The translations under genes were made by a program, and so were the position numbers. Below the pieces are notes generated by a model that saw nothing but the letters and a program-made list of their open reading frames with translations, made no database searches and was not told the origin of the DNA. 32,000 bases of DNA from Mycolicibacterium smegmatis (GTDB lineage Bacteria > Actinomycetota > Actinomycetes > Mycobacteriales > Mycobacteriaceae), in contig NZ_LN831039.1 in the NCBI RefSeq assembly GCF_001457595.1, positions 2,790,001 through 2,822,000 of the forward strand, in the 5' to 3' direction. How positions within the stretch are numbered: position 1 is the stretch's first letter; each line of letters starts with the position of its first letter. Of the stretch, positions 19,989 to 30,695 are shown piece by piece.

Positions 19989-20184
19989 TTCGGGTTATTC
20001 GTCGTCGCCCTCTTCCCGGTGCTCGACGAGATCGCTGCCGTACGTTCGCACATCGCGACATCGTTGTGATGAGTACGCACGGGAGTGGCCCATCCCCGTG
20101 TCCTCGGGGTGATCGCGTGACGGGGCGCCACACCGGCGGACGGTGGGACTCGTACTGTCTGCGTCCGTGGTGTGGGCAGCACGA

Positions 20185-21795
20185 TCATGCTGGGTGACAG
20201 TCTGATTCGCCGTCGTCGCCACTGCCGTTGTTGTTGTGGGTGTCGCCGCTGTTTCTGTCTCCGTTCCCGTTGTGGTGGTTGGTGTCTCTGGTGGTGCTGC
20301 TGGTGGTGTCTCGGGGGTGGTCTGCGGGCTGGGTGTCGGGGTGGTGGTTGGTGTTGGGTTGTTGGTGGTTTTGGTCGAGCAGTTCGGGTGGGATTGCCGG
20401 CTTTTCGCCGTGGTCGTCGTCGGTCTTCTGGTCGCGGTCGAGGTCTGCGAGGAGGGTTTCGGGGTGGTGGTAGGTGTTGGTGCGGTGTTGGCCGCGGTCG
20501 AGTAGTTGCGGTGGGATCCATTCGCATTGGCCGTGGTTGTTGATGCGGGTGGTCCATTTGTTGGGGGCGTCGCCGACGAGGCGGTTGTCACAGCCGCAGG
20601 CCAGGGCCAGAGCGTCGGCGTCGGTGAGTCCGCCCTTGGAGAAGTCGGTGGTGGCGTGGTGGGCTTGGCAGCGGTAGCCGTTGGCGGTGCATCCGGGGCG
20701 GGTGCAGCCGCGGTCGCGTGCCCAGATGGCCAGGCGCTGCCCGGCGGAGGCGGTGCGCCGGGCCCGCCCGAGGTAGAGCGGAACCCCGGTGTGTTCGTCG
20801 TAGACGGCGAGGTAGTGAAGCGCTTGGGAGGCCAGGCGGATCAGGTCGGGGATGGATAGTTTGGTGCCGCCGGCGGTGAGGGCGATCCCGGCGGCTTTTT
20901 CGAGTTCTTGCAGGGTGGTGGTGATCAGCAGGGTGGCGGGCAGGCCGTTGATCTGGCCGAGGTCTTTGTGGGCGAGCAGCAGCCGCATGGCGGTGAGCAT
21001 GGCGTCGTGGCGACGCTCGGACGCGCCGCGCTCGTCGTGGTCGATCTGCTGTTGTGAAGGCGTGCCGGAGACACACGGGGCCTCGTCGGCGGGGTTGCAC
21101 ATGCCGGGTGCGGCCAGTTTTTCCTCGACGGGGTCGAAGGTGGCTTTGAACTCGGCGCTGACCTTGCCGCGCAGGTGATAGGAACCGTCGGGTTGTTGGG
21201 GGCCGAAGGTGATGCCGAACGGCTTGGTGGGTGGGTTGTCGGTGGGGGCGGGCCCGTCTTGGTCGAGCAGGAACACCGCGTGGTCGACGGCTTGGCGCAC
21301 GGTTTCGGGGTCGGCCCCGATGGCGCCGGTGACCAGTTTTTCTTCCAGCCGGCACTGTTCGGCGTAGGTGACCCAGTCGGGGCATTTGGTGAAGAATTTG
21401 AACAGCTCGGTGACGTGGTCGGGGGTCAGGGCGCCGTCGGCTTGGGCGGCGGCGATGTGTTCACGTTTGGGTGCCAAGGCTTCGCCGGTCATCGACACCC
21501 GGGGGCCCAACTCCGCGGCGTCGGCGCAGCGGCGGCGGGCTTCCTTGCTGGAGATGCCCAGGCGGGTCGCCAGCACCAGCGGCCAGGATTTGGCGCCGAT
21601 CGCTGCGGGGGTGGTCTGTTCGCTCAGGGCGGCGATGGCGCGGTGTTCGACGGCGGGGGCCAGGTTGCGGACGTCTTGGATGCCCGCGCACACGTCCAGT
21701 AGGTCGGCGTCGGACAGGGCGGTGTAGGGCAGGGCGAGCACGTCGCGCATCGCGGCGTGCAGCGCCGCGAGTGCTGTGCCTACTTCCGCTGCCAT
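20185..21795 (-). CDS. DUF222/HNH endonuclease-type protein (13E12 repeat family)
   Basis: N-terminal DUF222-like region, C-terminal HNH (RDRGCTRPGCTANGYRCQAHHATTDFSKGGLTDADALALACGCDNRLV). Start ATG 21795. Confidence 0.9.
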   Translation of the reverse strand: MAAEVGTALAALHAAMRDVLALPYTALSDADLLDVCAGIQDVRNLAPAVEHRAIAALSEQTTPAAIGAKSWPLVLATRLGISSKEARRRCADAAELGPRVSMTGEALAPKREHIAAAQADGALTPDHVTELFKFFTKCPDWVTYAEQCRLEEKLVTGAIGADPETVRQAVDHAVFLLDQDGPAPTDNPPTKPFGITFGPQQPDGSYHLRGKVSAEFKATFDPVEEKLAAPGMCNPADEAPCVSGTPSQQQIDHDERGASERRHDAMLTAMRLLLAHKDLGQINGLPATLLITTTLQELEKAAGIALTAGGTKLSIPDLIRLASQALHYLAVYDEHTGVPLYLGRARRTASAGQRLAIWARDRGCTRPGCTANGYRCQAHHATTDFSKGGLTDADALALACGCDNRLVGDAPNKWTTRINNHGQCEWIPPQLLDRGQHRTNTYHHPETLLADLDRDQKTDDDHGEKPAIPPELLDQNHQQPNTNHHPDTQPADHPRDTTSSTTRDTNHHNGNGDRNSGDTHNNNGSGDDGESDCHPA

Positions 21796-21798
21796 GTA

Positions 21799-21814
21799 TC
21801 GAACACTAGTTCGA
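21799..21814 (-). promoter_or_regulatory. Mycobacterial LexA/SOS box overlapping a candidate -10 element
   Basis: TCGAAC-N4-GTTCGA (TCGAACACTAGTTCGA on +), exact to the known mycobacterial consensus. Minus strand reads TAGTGT, then 7 nt (TCGATAC), then ATG. Confidence 0.88.
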
Positions 21815-22035
21815 ATCACCGACAAGAAACCTCAGTTTGTGACGGGTGTGATCAATGGGTTCACATTGGTCAAAGGTGTTGTTGTACAGCACGGTACAGA
21901 AGAACACTCACCGGTCGGTGAGCGTGCGCCGAGTGCTGAAAAAACCCGGCGTGTCCACCGACAAACACGCACCCTCGCGGTGCCAGGTGCGCAGCGAGGC
22001 GCGAGGCAAGCGCGGTGCAAAGACGTGGCGCATAA

Positions 22036-23257
<1,222 letters not shown>

Positions 23258-23261
<4 letters not shown>

Positions 23262-23713
23262 GCAGGACGCTGCTCGTCGTGCACCACACGCCGTCGCCCG
23301 CGACGCGCGAACTGCTCGAAGCTGTCCTCGCCGGGGCGAAAGATCCCGACATCACCGGAGTCGACGTCGTCACCCGTCCCGCGCTGGCCGCGACGATCCC
23401 GGACATGCTCGACGCCGACGGCTACCTGTTCGGCACCACGGCAAACTTCGGTTACATGAGCGGGGCGCTCAAACACTTCTTCGACACGGTGTACTACCCG
23501 GTGCTTGACCACGTTGCCGGGCGACCGTATGGATTATGGGTGCACGGCAACAACGACACCGTAGGCGCCGCCAATGCCGTGGACCGGATCGTCACAGGGC
23601 TCGCCCTGACCAAGGCCGCCGACACCCTTGAGATCACCGGGGCCGTCGACGCGGCCGTCCGGGAGGCCGCCTACGAGCTCGGCGGCACCCTGGCCGCGAC
23701 GCTGATGGACTGA
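23258..23713 (+). CDS. Flavodoxin-like / NAD(P)H-dependent FMN reductase family protein (Rv2771c-like)
   Basis: LLVVHHTPSPATRELLEAVLAG, DGYLFGTTANFGYMSGALKHFFDTVYYPVLDHVAGRPYGLWVHGNNDT. Confidence 0.85.
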
Positions 23714-23723
23714 AGGAGAGCCG

Positions 23724-24185
23724 ATGCCGGGGATTGCCGAACTCGCCCTGGGCGCCGCGCCGATCGCCGGCGGCGCCATGCTGGGGGTCATCGCGGGCAA
23801 CCTCCGTCCGCCCGACGTGCGGGGCATGATCGCCAAGGACATGGATCTGCTGGAGCGGCTACCCGAAGAAGAAGTCGAGCTGCGCGACAGGCTGCGGGCC
23901 AGCATCAACCAGCGCATCAGCGATCTGGTCACCGCGGGCGAACGCAGCCGCGAGATCCGCCTGGCCGCCACCTCGTATCAGGGGAACTGGCGTGACATCG
24001 TCGTGTTCCTCTGCGCGGTGCTGTTCACGATCGTGTGGTGGAACATCGACCACGACCGGACGAACTGGCTGCCGATGTTCGTCATCATGATCGTGGTCTC
24101 GGTGGTCGCGGGCATCTACGCGGGCCGTGGGATCCTGCGGGCGTTGCAGACATTCGCCCGCAGGAACTCGGACAAACCTCAGTAG
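23724..24185 (+). CDS. Hypothetical membrane protein
   Basis: 153 aa with GGAMLGVIAGNL and two C-terminal TM segments (DIVVFLCAVLFTIVWWNI, MFVIMIVVSVVAGIYAG); plausible start after GGAGAGC. Confidence 0.7.
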   Translation: MPGIAELALGAAPIAGGAMLGVIAGNLRPPDVRGMIAKDMDLLERLPEEEVELRDRLRASINQRISDLVTAGERSREIRLAATSYQGNWRDIVVFLCAVLFTIVWWNIDHDRTNWLPMFVIMIVVSVVAGIYAGRGILRALQTFARRNSDKPQ

Positions 24186-25099
24186 TGATACGTGTCCGAC
24201 GGCGCGGGCACGTGATCCGGATCGTCGTTGCTGTACTCGGGTTCGTGGATGCCGTAGGCGCGTGCCAGGTCCAGGATCTTGTTGGCCCGTGCGATACGCG
24301 GCAGATCTGAGCCGTTGCGGATCTCGCCGCCGTCACGCTGGAACTCGGCGAAGAACTCCTTGGCCCAACTGATCTCATCCTGAGACGGCGACAGGCCCTC
24401 GTTGACCGTCGGGCACTGGTCGGGGGTGAGACAGATCTTGCCGGTCATCCCGAACTCGGCCGACACCGCCGTCGCTTCCGCCAGCTTCAACGGGCTCGAA
24501 CCCACCGTCGGACCGTCGATCGCGCTCGGCAGGTGCGCGGCCTTGGCCGCGATGGTGAACCGGGACCGCGCATAGGCGAGCGTCGCGGGATTCTCACCGA
24601 AACCGGTGTCGCGGCGGAAGTCGCCGATTCCGAACGCGAGCCGGAAGGTGCCCTTGGTCGCCGCGATCTCGGTGATGCGCTCCAGCCCGCGCGCGGTCTC
24701 CACCAGCGCGACGATGGGTACGTCCCGCAGCCGGTTGGCGGTCTCGGTGACATGGTCGACGGATTCGACCATGGCCAGCATGATGCCGCCCACCGACGTG
24801 CCCTTCAGGGTGTCGAGGTCGTCGGCCCACCACGGCGTGCCGAAGCCGTTGACACGTACCCAGTCGGTGTTGCCCTCGGAAAGCCACCGCACCACGTTGT
24901 CTCTGGCCGCGGCCTTGTCCTTGGGTGCCACGGCGTCCTCGATGTCGAGAATCACGATGTCGGCGCGTGAACGCGACGCCGGGGCGAACCGCTCGTACTG
25001 CGCCCCGTTCACCAGCAGCCAGCTGCGTGCCAGCACGGGGTCGATGCGAAATCCCGGAGAAGCGCTGGGGTCCGGGTCATGGATCGGCTGGTCGTACAC
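24179..25099 (-). CDS. HpcH/HpaI aldolase/citrate lyase (CitE-like) family protein
   Basis: ADIVILDIEDAVAPKDKAAAR, RVNGFGTPWWADDL, VALVETARGLERI, FGIGDFRRDTGFG, GMTGKICLTPDQ. Confidence 0.88.
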   Translation of the reverse strand: MYDQPIHDPDPSASPGFRIDPVLARSWLLVNGAQYERFAPASRSRADIVILDIEDAVAPKDKAAARDNVVRWLSEGNTDWVRVNGFGTPWWADDLDTLKGTSVGGIMLAMVESVDHVTETANRLRDVPIVALVETARGLERITEIAATKGTFRLAFGIGDFRRDTGFGENPATLAYARSRFTIAAKAAHLPSAIDGPTVGSSPLKLAEATAVSAEFGMTGKICLTPDQCPTVNEGLSPSQDEISWAKEFFAEFQRDGGEIRNGSDLPRIARANKILDLARAYGIHEPEYSNDDPDHVPAPSDTYHY

Positions 25100-25120
25100 C
25101 CGTCAATCGTGGCGCACCGG

Positions 25121-25870
25121 CTAGGCAGACGCCAATGCGGCCCCGAACACGCGCTCGGTGTTCTCCCAGTGACGCTGAGCGGCGGCCTCGTCGTACACCG
25201 AGAGGTGGTCGGGTACCGCGAAGCCGTGGCCGGCCGGATAGAACTCGATGGTGTGCTCGACCGATGCGCCGGACAGTGCGTCTTCGAGCCGTTTGGCGTC
25301 GTCCTCGGTGAACGACGCGTCGTTCTCGGCCCCGGCGACGTAGACGACGGCCTGGATCTTGTCCGCCAGCAGGTGGGGGCTGTCCGGGTCGTCCTCGACC
25401 GCGATCCGTCCGCCGTGGAACGACAACGCCGCCGCGACCCGGTCCGGTACGCGGGTCGCGACGATCAGCGACGCACGTCCACCCATGCAGTAACCGGTGG
25501 TGCCGAACTTTTCACCGGTCACGTCGGGCCGTGCGGCCAGGTAGTCGAAGAACGCCTCGGCGTCCGATGCGATGACCTCCGGGGTGAGGGTCCCCATCAT
25601 CTCGAAGAGCTTCTTGCGCTCGTCCTGATCGCTGAAGACGGTGTTGAGGTTGATCGGACCCCAGTTGGGGATGCGGTAATAGACGTCGGGGACCAGCACG
25701 ACGTACCCGAAGCCGGCCAGCTTGGCCGCCATCTCCTCCATGGTGGGCCGCAGGCCGCCGGCATCCGGGAACAACACGACCCCTGGCCACGGGCCGGAGC
25801 CCTCGGGTGTGGCGACGGTGACGGGGCAGGTGCCATCGGGCGTGGTGATGGTGTCTTTGATCGTCGGCAT
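25121..25870 (-). CDS. Dienelactone hydrolase family protein (Rv2765-like)
   Basis: 249 aa from MPTIKDTITTPDGT; DAGGLRPTMEEMAAKLAGFGYVVLVPDVYYR, GTTGYCMGGRASL nucleophile elbow, FYPAGHGFAV. Confidence 0.9.
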   Translation of the reverse strand: MPTIKDTITTPDGTCPVTVATPEGSGPWPGVVLFPDAGGLRPTMEEMAAKLAGFGYVVLVPDVYYRIPNWGPINLNTVFSDQDERKKLFEMMGTLTPEVIASDAEAFFDYLAARPDVTGEKFGTTGYCMGGRASLIVATRVPDRVAAALSFHGGRIAVEDDPDSPHLLADKIQAVVYVAGAENDASFTEDDAKRLEDALSGASVEHTIEFYPAGHGFAVPDHLSVYDEAAAQRHWENTERVFGAALASA

Positions 25871-25912
25871 GGCCTCCGTTCTACTCCGGATCGATGGACG
25901 TAAGCTGAGAGC

Positions 25913-26713
25913 GTGCCGATCGACACGCCGTACGAAGACCTTCTGCGACTGGTGACCGAGCGTGGCACGCCGAAATCCGATCGCACGGGTACCGGGACTC
26001 GGAGCCTGTTCGGGCATCAGATGCGCTACGACCTGTCCGCCGGGTTCCCGCTGATCACCACCAAGAAGGTGCACACCAAGTCGGTGATCTACGAGCTGCT
26101 GTGGTTCTTGCGTGGCGACTCCAACGTGCGCTGGCTGCAGGAACACGGCGTCACGATCTGGGACGAATGGGCCAGCGAGACCGGCGATCTGGGTCCGATC
26201 TACGGCGTCCAGTGGCGGTCGTGGCCCACGCCGTCGGGTGAGCACATCGACCAGATCTCGAGCGCCCTTGAACTGCTCAAGAGCGATCCGGACTCGCGCC
26301 GCAACATCGTCTCGGCGTGGAACGTCGGCGAGATCCCCCAGATGGCGCTGCCGCCGTGCCACGCGTTCTTCCAGTTCTACGTCGCCGACGGCAAGCTGAG
26401 CTGTCAGCTGTACCAGCGCAGCGCCGACCTGTTCCTCGGCGTGCCGTTCAACATCGCCAGCTATGCGTTGTTGACGCACATGATGGCCGCGCAGGCGGGG
26501 CTGGATGTCGGTGAGTTCATCTGGACCGGCGGGGACTGTCACATCTACGACAACCACACCGAGCAGGTGGCCCTGCAGCTCAGCCGCGAGCCCAGGCCGT
26601 ATCCGGAACTTGTTCTCGCACCGCGTGATTCGATCTTCGACTACACCTACGAGGACATCGCGATCGTGAACTACGATCCGCACCCGGCCATCAAGGCGCC
26701 CGTCGCGGTATGA
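25913..26713 (+). CDS. thyA: Thymidylate synthase
   Basis: [76 protein letters not shown]; GTG start. Confidence 0.98.
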   Translation: MPIDTPYEDLLRLVTERGTPKSDRTGTGTRSLFGHQMRYDLSAGFPLITTKKVHTKSVIYELLWFLRGDSNVRWLQEHGVTIWDEWASETGDLGPIYGVQWRSWPTPSGEHIDQISSALELLKSDPDSRRNIVSAWNVGEIPQMALPPCHAFFQFYVADGKLSCQLYQRSADLFLGVPFNIASYALLTHMMAAQAGLDVGEFIWTGGDCHIYDNHTEQVALQLSREPRPYPELVLAPRDSIFDYTYEDIAIVNYDPHPAIKAPVAV

Positions 26714-26735
26714 GGGCTGTTTGCAGGTCCGAATC

Positions 26736-27206
26736 ATGAGTATGAGGTTGATCTGGGCCCAGTCGACCTCAGGGATCATCGGCCGGGACAGCTCCATTCC
26801 CTGGCGCCTGCCCGAGGACCTCGCGCGGTTCAAGGAGCTGACCATGGGCCATCCGGTGGTGATGGGACGGCTCACGTGGGAGTCGCTGCCCGCCTCCGTG
26901 CGCCCGCTGCCGGGACGCCGCAACATCGTCGTGACCCGTGACGCCGACTACCGTGCCGAGGGCGCCGAGGTGGTCACCGACCTCCCCGACGAACCCGATG
27001 CGTGGGTGATCGGCGGCGCCCAGATCTATGCACTGGCACTGCCGCGGGCCGACCGCTGTGAGGTCACCGAGGTCGATGCCGACCTGACGCCCCTAGACGG
27101 TGATGCGCGCGCACCGGTGCTCGACGACTCGTGGGTCGCGACGACGGGTGAGTGGCAGACGAGTACATCAGGCCTGCGTTTCCGGTTCTGCAGCTATCGG
27201 CGCTGA
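26736..27206 (+). CDS. dfrA: Dihydrofolate reductase
   Basis: [52 protein letters not shown]; [13 protein letters not shown]. Confidence 0.97.
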   Translation: MSMRLIWAQSTSGIIGRDSSIPWRLPEDLARFKELTMGHPVVMGRLTWESLPASVRPLPGRRNIVVTRDADYRAEGAEVVTDLPDEPDAWVIGGAQIYALALPRADRCEVTEVDADLTPLDGDARAPVLDDSWVATTGEWQTSTSGLRFRFCSYRR

Positions 27207-27282
27207 CCGTCGCGAATTCCCAGCGAGACCACCACCAGGCTCGGTACATTGTTCCGGGGTCAGCTGGAGAGGGGCTCCGCCC

Positions 27283-27927
27283 ATGACTGAGTCTTCGATT
27301 CGTGTCGTCCTGCGTGAGCGCGCGAGTCTGCAGCCCAATGACACCGCGTTCACATTCGTTGATTACGAGCGGGATTGGGAAGGCGTCGCCGAAACCCTGA
27401 CATGGGCACAGCTGTACCGACGATCCCGCAAACTTGCAGTTGAGCTGGGTCGTCACGGGTCGACTGGTGACCGGGCGGTGATTCTGGCGCCGCAGGGCCT
27501 CGACTACATCGTGGTGTTCCTGGGTGCATTGGAAGCGGGATTCATCGCCGTTCCACTATCTGTCCCGACGGTCGCCGTTCACGATGAGCGCGTCACGGCC
27601 GTGCTGCGGGACGCGGCACCTTCGGTGATTCTCACGACTTCGGCCGTCGCACAGGATGTCGCCCCTTATCCGGGCATGATCGCCGACTTGTCCGCCCCCA
27701 CGATCATCGAGATCGATTCACTCGACCTGGATTCCGCCGGGGAGTCCGGTGGCCTGCCCCATGACCGACCGGACATCGCGTATCTGCAGTACACCTCGGG
27801 GTCGACACGCACGCCGACCGGCGTGATGGTCTCCAACGGCAACCTGTCGGCGAATTGGGAACAGATCATCGCCGGCTATCTCCCGGATTTCCGGATGCCG
27901 CAGACCGCCACGTCGTGGCTGCCGTGA
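27283..27927 (+). pseudogene. 5' fragment of a long-chain fatty acyl-AMP ligase (FAAL/FadD), truncated by the IS3-family element
   Basis: MTESSIRVVLRERASLQPNDTAFTFVDYERDWEG...YLQYTSGSTRTPTGVMVSNGNL...TSWLP then stop. Adenylating enzymes normally continue (SWLPxYHDMG); the TGA stop is the first 3 nt of the IS inverted repeat. Confidence 0.9.
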
Positions 27928-27954
27928 TCCGCCCCGGCATGTCGGGAGGTTCTC

Positions 27955-28260
27955 TTATCTGAGTGCCTCCTCGGCATGAGGGTGCCGTTGGCGATGGTAG
28001 TAGAGCGCTTCGGCCCGATCGGGGGTCAGGTCCTGGCAGTAGCCGTTGGGTCGCTGACGGTTGTAGAAGGCCACCCATTCGGCGGTCCCCAGCGCCAGTT
28101 CGGTGGCACCGGGATAGAGCGGCTGGCGGTCGATGAGTTCGGTCTTGTAGCTGCTGTTCACCGATTCGGCCAGAGCATTATCGAAACTATCCCCGACGGA
28201 TCCGACTGAAGGCAGGATCCCCTCAGCGGCCAGACGTTCGGTGAACGCGACCGCGGTGTA
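27955..28260 (-). pseudogene. IS3-family OrfB transposase, C-terminal fragment
   Basis: YTAVAFTERLAAEGILPSVGSVGDSFDNALAESVNSSYKTELI...GTAEWVAFYNRQRPNGYCQDLTPDRAEALYYHRQ. Confidence 0.9.
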
Positions 28261-28263
28261 TTG

Positions 28264-29718
28264 GGCGGATTCAACTGATCGTCGCAACACCTCGATTATG
28301 GAGGTGTGGAATGGGTGTGTTGGATCGGCAGCGGGCGGTTCGGTTGTATCGGGGACAGATTCCGTCTCCGGGTCGGCCGTCGGTGGCGTGGCGTCAGGAT
28401 CGGGTGAGGTTCTGGGCGGCGATCGCTGCGGGGGCTATGACTGAGGACGCCGCTGCCGAAGCGGGCGTGTCGTCGCCGGTTGGGTTCCGCTGGTTCCGTC
28501 ACGCTGGTGGAGTGAATCCATGCTTGCCAGAAACAGTTTCGGGACGTTACCTGTCCTCGGATGAACGTGAGAACATCGCGTTGTGGCGCGCCCAGGGCGC
28601 CGGGGTGCGTGAGATCGCCCGGCGGCTCAAGCGTGCACCGTCGACCATCTCACGGGAGTTGCGCCGCAATGCCTCGACCCGCACCTATCGACTCGACTAT
28701 AAGGCCTCCACTGCGCAGTGGCACGCCGAGCGGCGCGCCCGCCGCCCCAAGACCGCCAAGCTCGTTAGCAACGACCGGCTGCGTCAGTACGTCCAGGACA
28801 AACTGTCCGGCGTCGTTCGCGGCGCTGATGGCCAGGTCATCGTCGGTCCCGCCGCCGCCCCGTGGAAGGGACGCAACAAGCCGCACCGGGGTGATCGGGC
28901 CTGGGTGCAGGCATGGAGTCCAGAACAGATCGCTCGACGGCTCCCGCTGGACTTCCCCGATGATGTGACTATGCGGATCAGCCACGAGGCCATCTATCAA
29001 GCGCTGTACGTCGAATCTCGCGGTGCGCTGAAGCGGGATCTGGTCAGCTGCCTGCGCCGAGGCCGGGCACTGCGGGTACCGCGGGCACGAACGCGGTCCA
29101 AGGCGTGGGCCCATGTCACCCCTGAGACGTTGATCAGCCAACGCCCACCCGAGGTCGATGATCGCGCTGTTCCCGGACATTGGGAGGGTGATCTCCTGAT
29201 TGGCTTGCAGCGCAGTGCAATCGGCACGCTGGTCGAGCGCAGCAGCCGGTTCACCATGCTGGTCCATCTGCCACGTGAAGTTGGTTACGGGATAATTCCG
29301 CGGACCAAGAACGGGCCGGCGTTGGCCGGCTATGGCGCCATCACGATGGCCAACGCTCTGGAACAGACGATCACCACGTTGCCCGCGCAACTGCGTCGGT
29401 CGTTGACCTGGGACCGGGGCAAGGAACTGTCGGCGCACGCCCAGTTCTCGGTCGCCTCCGGAGTCAAGGTGTTCTTCGCTGATCCGAAGAGTCCGTGGCA
29501 GCGCGGTACCAATGAGAACACCAATGGCCTGTTACGCCAATACTTTCCAAAAGGGACCGACCTCTCAAGATGGTCGGCCGAGGACGTGGCAGCGATCGCC
29601 CATACCCTCAACACCAGGCCGCGGAAAACCCTCGGCTGGCGCACTCCCGCGGAAGCCTTCGCCGAACACCTACACTCACTTCATCAAGCCGGTGTTGCGA
29701 CCACCGATTGAATCCGCC
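28264..29718 (+). mobile_element. IS30-family insertion sequence (1455 bp) with 3-bp TSD TTG (28261-28263 / 29719-29721)
   Basis: 28-bp imperfect terminal repeats (24/28): GGCGGATTCAACTGATCGTCGCAACACC vs GGCGGATTCAATCGGTGGTCGCAACACC; excision plus one TTG restores orfB reading ...DAGSQ|YTAVAF. Confidence 0.95.
28311..29711 (+). CDS. IS30-family transposase (466 aa, apparently intact)
   Basis: YLSSDERENIALWRAQGAGVREIARRLKRAPSTISRELRRN HTH; PGHWEGDLLIG, TWDRGKELSAHAQF, DPKSPWQRGTNENTNGLLRQYFPKGTDLS. Confidence 0.96.
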   Translation: MGVLDRQRAVRLYRGQIPSPGRPSVAWRQDRVRFWAAIAAGAMTEDAAAEAGVSSPVGFRWFRHAGGVNPCLPETVSGRYLSSDERENIALWRAQGAGVREIARRLKRAPSTISRELRRNASTRTYRLDYKASTAQWHAERRARRPKTAKLVSNDRLRQYVQDKLSGVVRGADGQVIVGPAAAPWKGRNKPHRGDRAWVQAWSPEQIARRLPLDFPDDVTMRISHEAIYQALYVESRGALKRDLVSCLRRGRALRVPRARTRSKAWAHVTPETLISQRPPEVDDRAVPGHWEGDLLIGLQRSAIGTLVERSSRFTMLVHLPREVGYGIIPRTKNGPALAGYGAITMANALEQTITTLPAQLRRSLTWDRGKELSAHAQFSVASGVKVFFADPKSPWQRGTNENTNGLLRQYFPKGTDLSRWSAEDVAAIAHTLNTRPRKTLGWRTPAEAFAEHLHSLHQAGVATTD

Positions 29719-30366
29719 TTGCGAGCCCGCGTCGCTGTGGTGGATAAGTGAATCCAAAGATGCTGCACCCGAACGCTTTCTGGTGTCGATAGCGTGGTCG
29801 ATCGCATCGGTCACCAGCTTCTGGGTCATCTCGGTAGCCACCTTCCAACCCACGATCTTGCGGGCATAGACATCGGTGACGAACGCCGTGTAGGCCCAGC
29901 CGGCACGAGTCCGGCAGTAGGTGAAATCGGCCACCCACAATCGGTCAGGCGCACCGGCGACGAAATTACGCCGGACCCGATCCGGGGCTCGCGTCGCTGC
30001 CGGATCGGCGACGGTGGTGCGCACCCGCCGGCGCTTGCACGCACCCCGCCAACCCATCTCCCGCATGACCCGTTCCACGACACAGCGCGATACGTCGATA
30101 CCATTGGTGCGCAATACAATCCATGTCTTACGAGCGCCCAGGACTCGGTACAGACTCTGCGATTGGCGAAGCTGCCAGATCGCATCGATCACCTGCGCAT
30201 CGGCCCAGTCGGCTTTCGAGGGGCCCTGACGGGCGCGGTGGGCGTAATACGTCGACGGGGCGATCGTGACGCCGTACTCGGAAAGCACAGCGCACATCGA
30301 CTCGACACCCCACTTGAGACCATCAACGCCCACCCGCATGTGCTGGTGGGCGCTGATGAACTCCAC
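29719..30366 (-). pseudogene. IS3-family OrfB transposase, N-terminal fragment
   Basis: YGVTIAPSTYYAHRARQ, SLYRVLGARKTWIVLRTNGIDVSRCVVERVMREMGW, RLWVADFTYCRTRAGWAYTAFVTDVYARKIVGW, LIHHSDAGSQ; IS30 junction follows immediately. Confidence 0.93.
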
Positions 30367-30368
30367 GA

Positions 30369-30695
30369 CTACTGAGAGGGCCGGTCGAGCTCGGCGGCGA
30401 AGAAAACCGAGGCCGCCTTCAAGATCGCGTTGGCCCGCTTGAGTTCGGCATTCTCCCGGCGCAGCTTGCGCAGGACCTCGGATTCCTCGCTGGTCTGCCC
30501 CGCCCGAGAGCCGGCGTCGATCTCAGCCTGGCGGACCCATTTGCGCACCGTTTCGGCAGTACCGACGCCCAGCAGGTCAGCAACCCGGCCCATCGCCTCC
30601 CACTCCGAAACTGTCTCGCTGCGCAGATCGGCCACCATCTGCACCGCCCGCACCTTCAGCTCGTCTGGATACCGCCTCGATGACTTCGATCCCAC
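30369..30695 (-). CDS. IS3-family OrfA transposase (HTH)
   Basis: [21 protein letters not shown]...[67 protein letters not shown]. Confidence 0.93.
   Translation of the reverse strand: MGSKSSRRYPDELKVRAVQMVADLRSETVSEWEAMGRVADLLGVGTAETVRKWVRQAEIDAGSRAGQTSEESEVLRKLRRENAELKRANAILKAASVFFAAELDRPSQ

Noticed and set aside
20228-20543. Plus-strand ORFs (e.g. 123 aa, VVVV/WWW-rich) opposite the HNH tail
   Set aside because: Artefacts of the repetitive His/Asn/Thr codons read antisense.
25871-26926. Extension of the dienelactone hydrolase ORF to 601 aa across thyA
   Set aside because: The family protein starts cleanly at MPTIKDT (25870); the rest is antisense of thyA.
29608-29718. C-terminal residues of the track's 252-aa OrfB ORF (GGFNRWSQHRLDEVSVGVRRRLPRECASRGFSAAWC)
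   Set aside because: These codons lie inside the IS30 element; true OrfB coding resumes at 28260.
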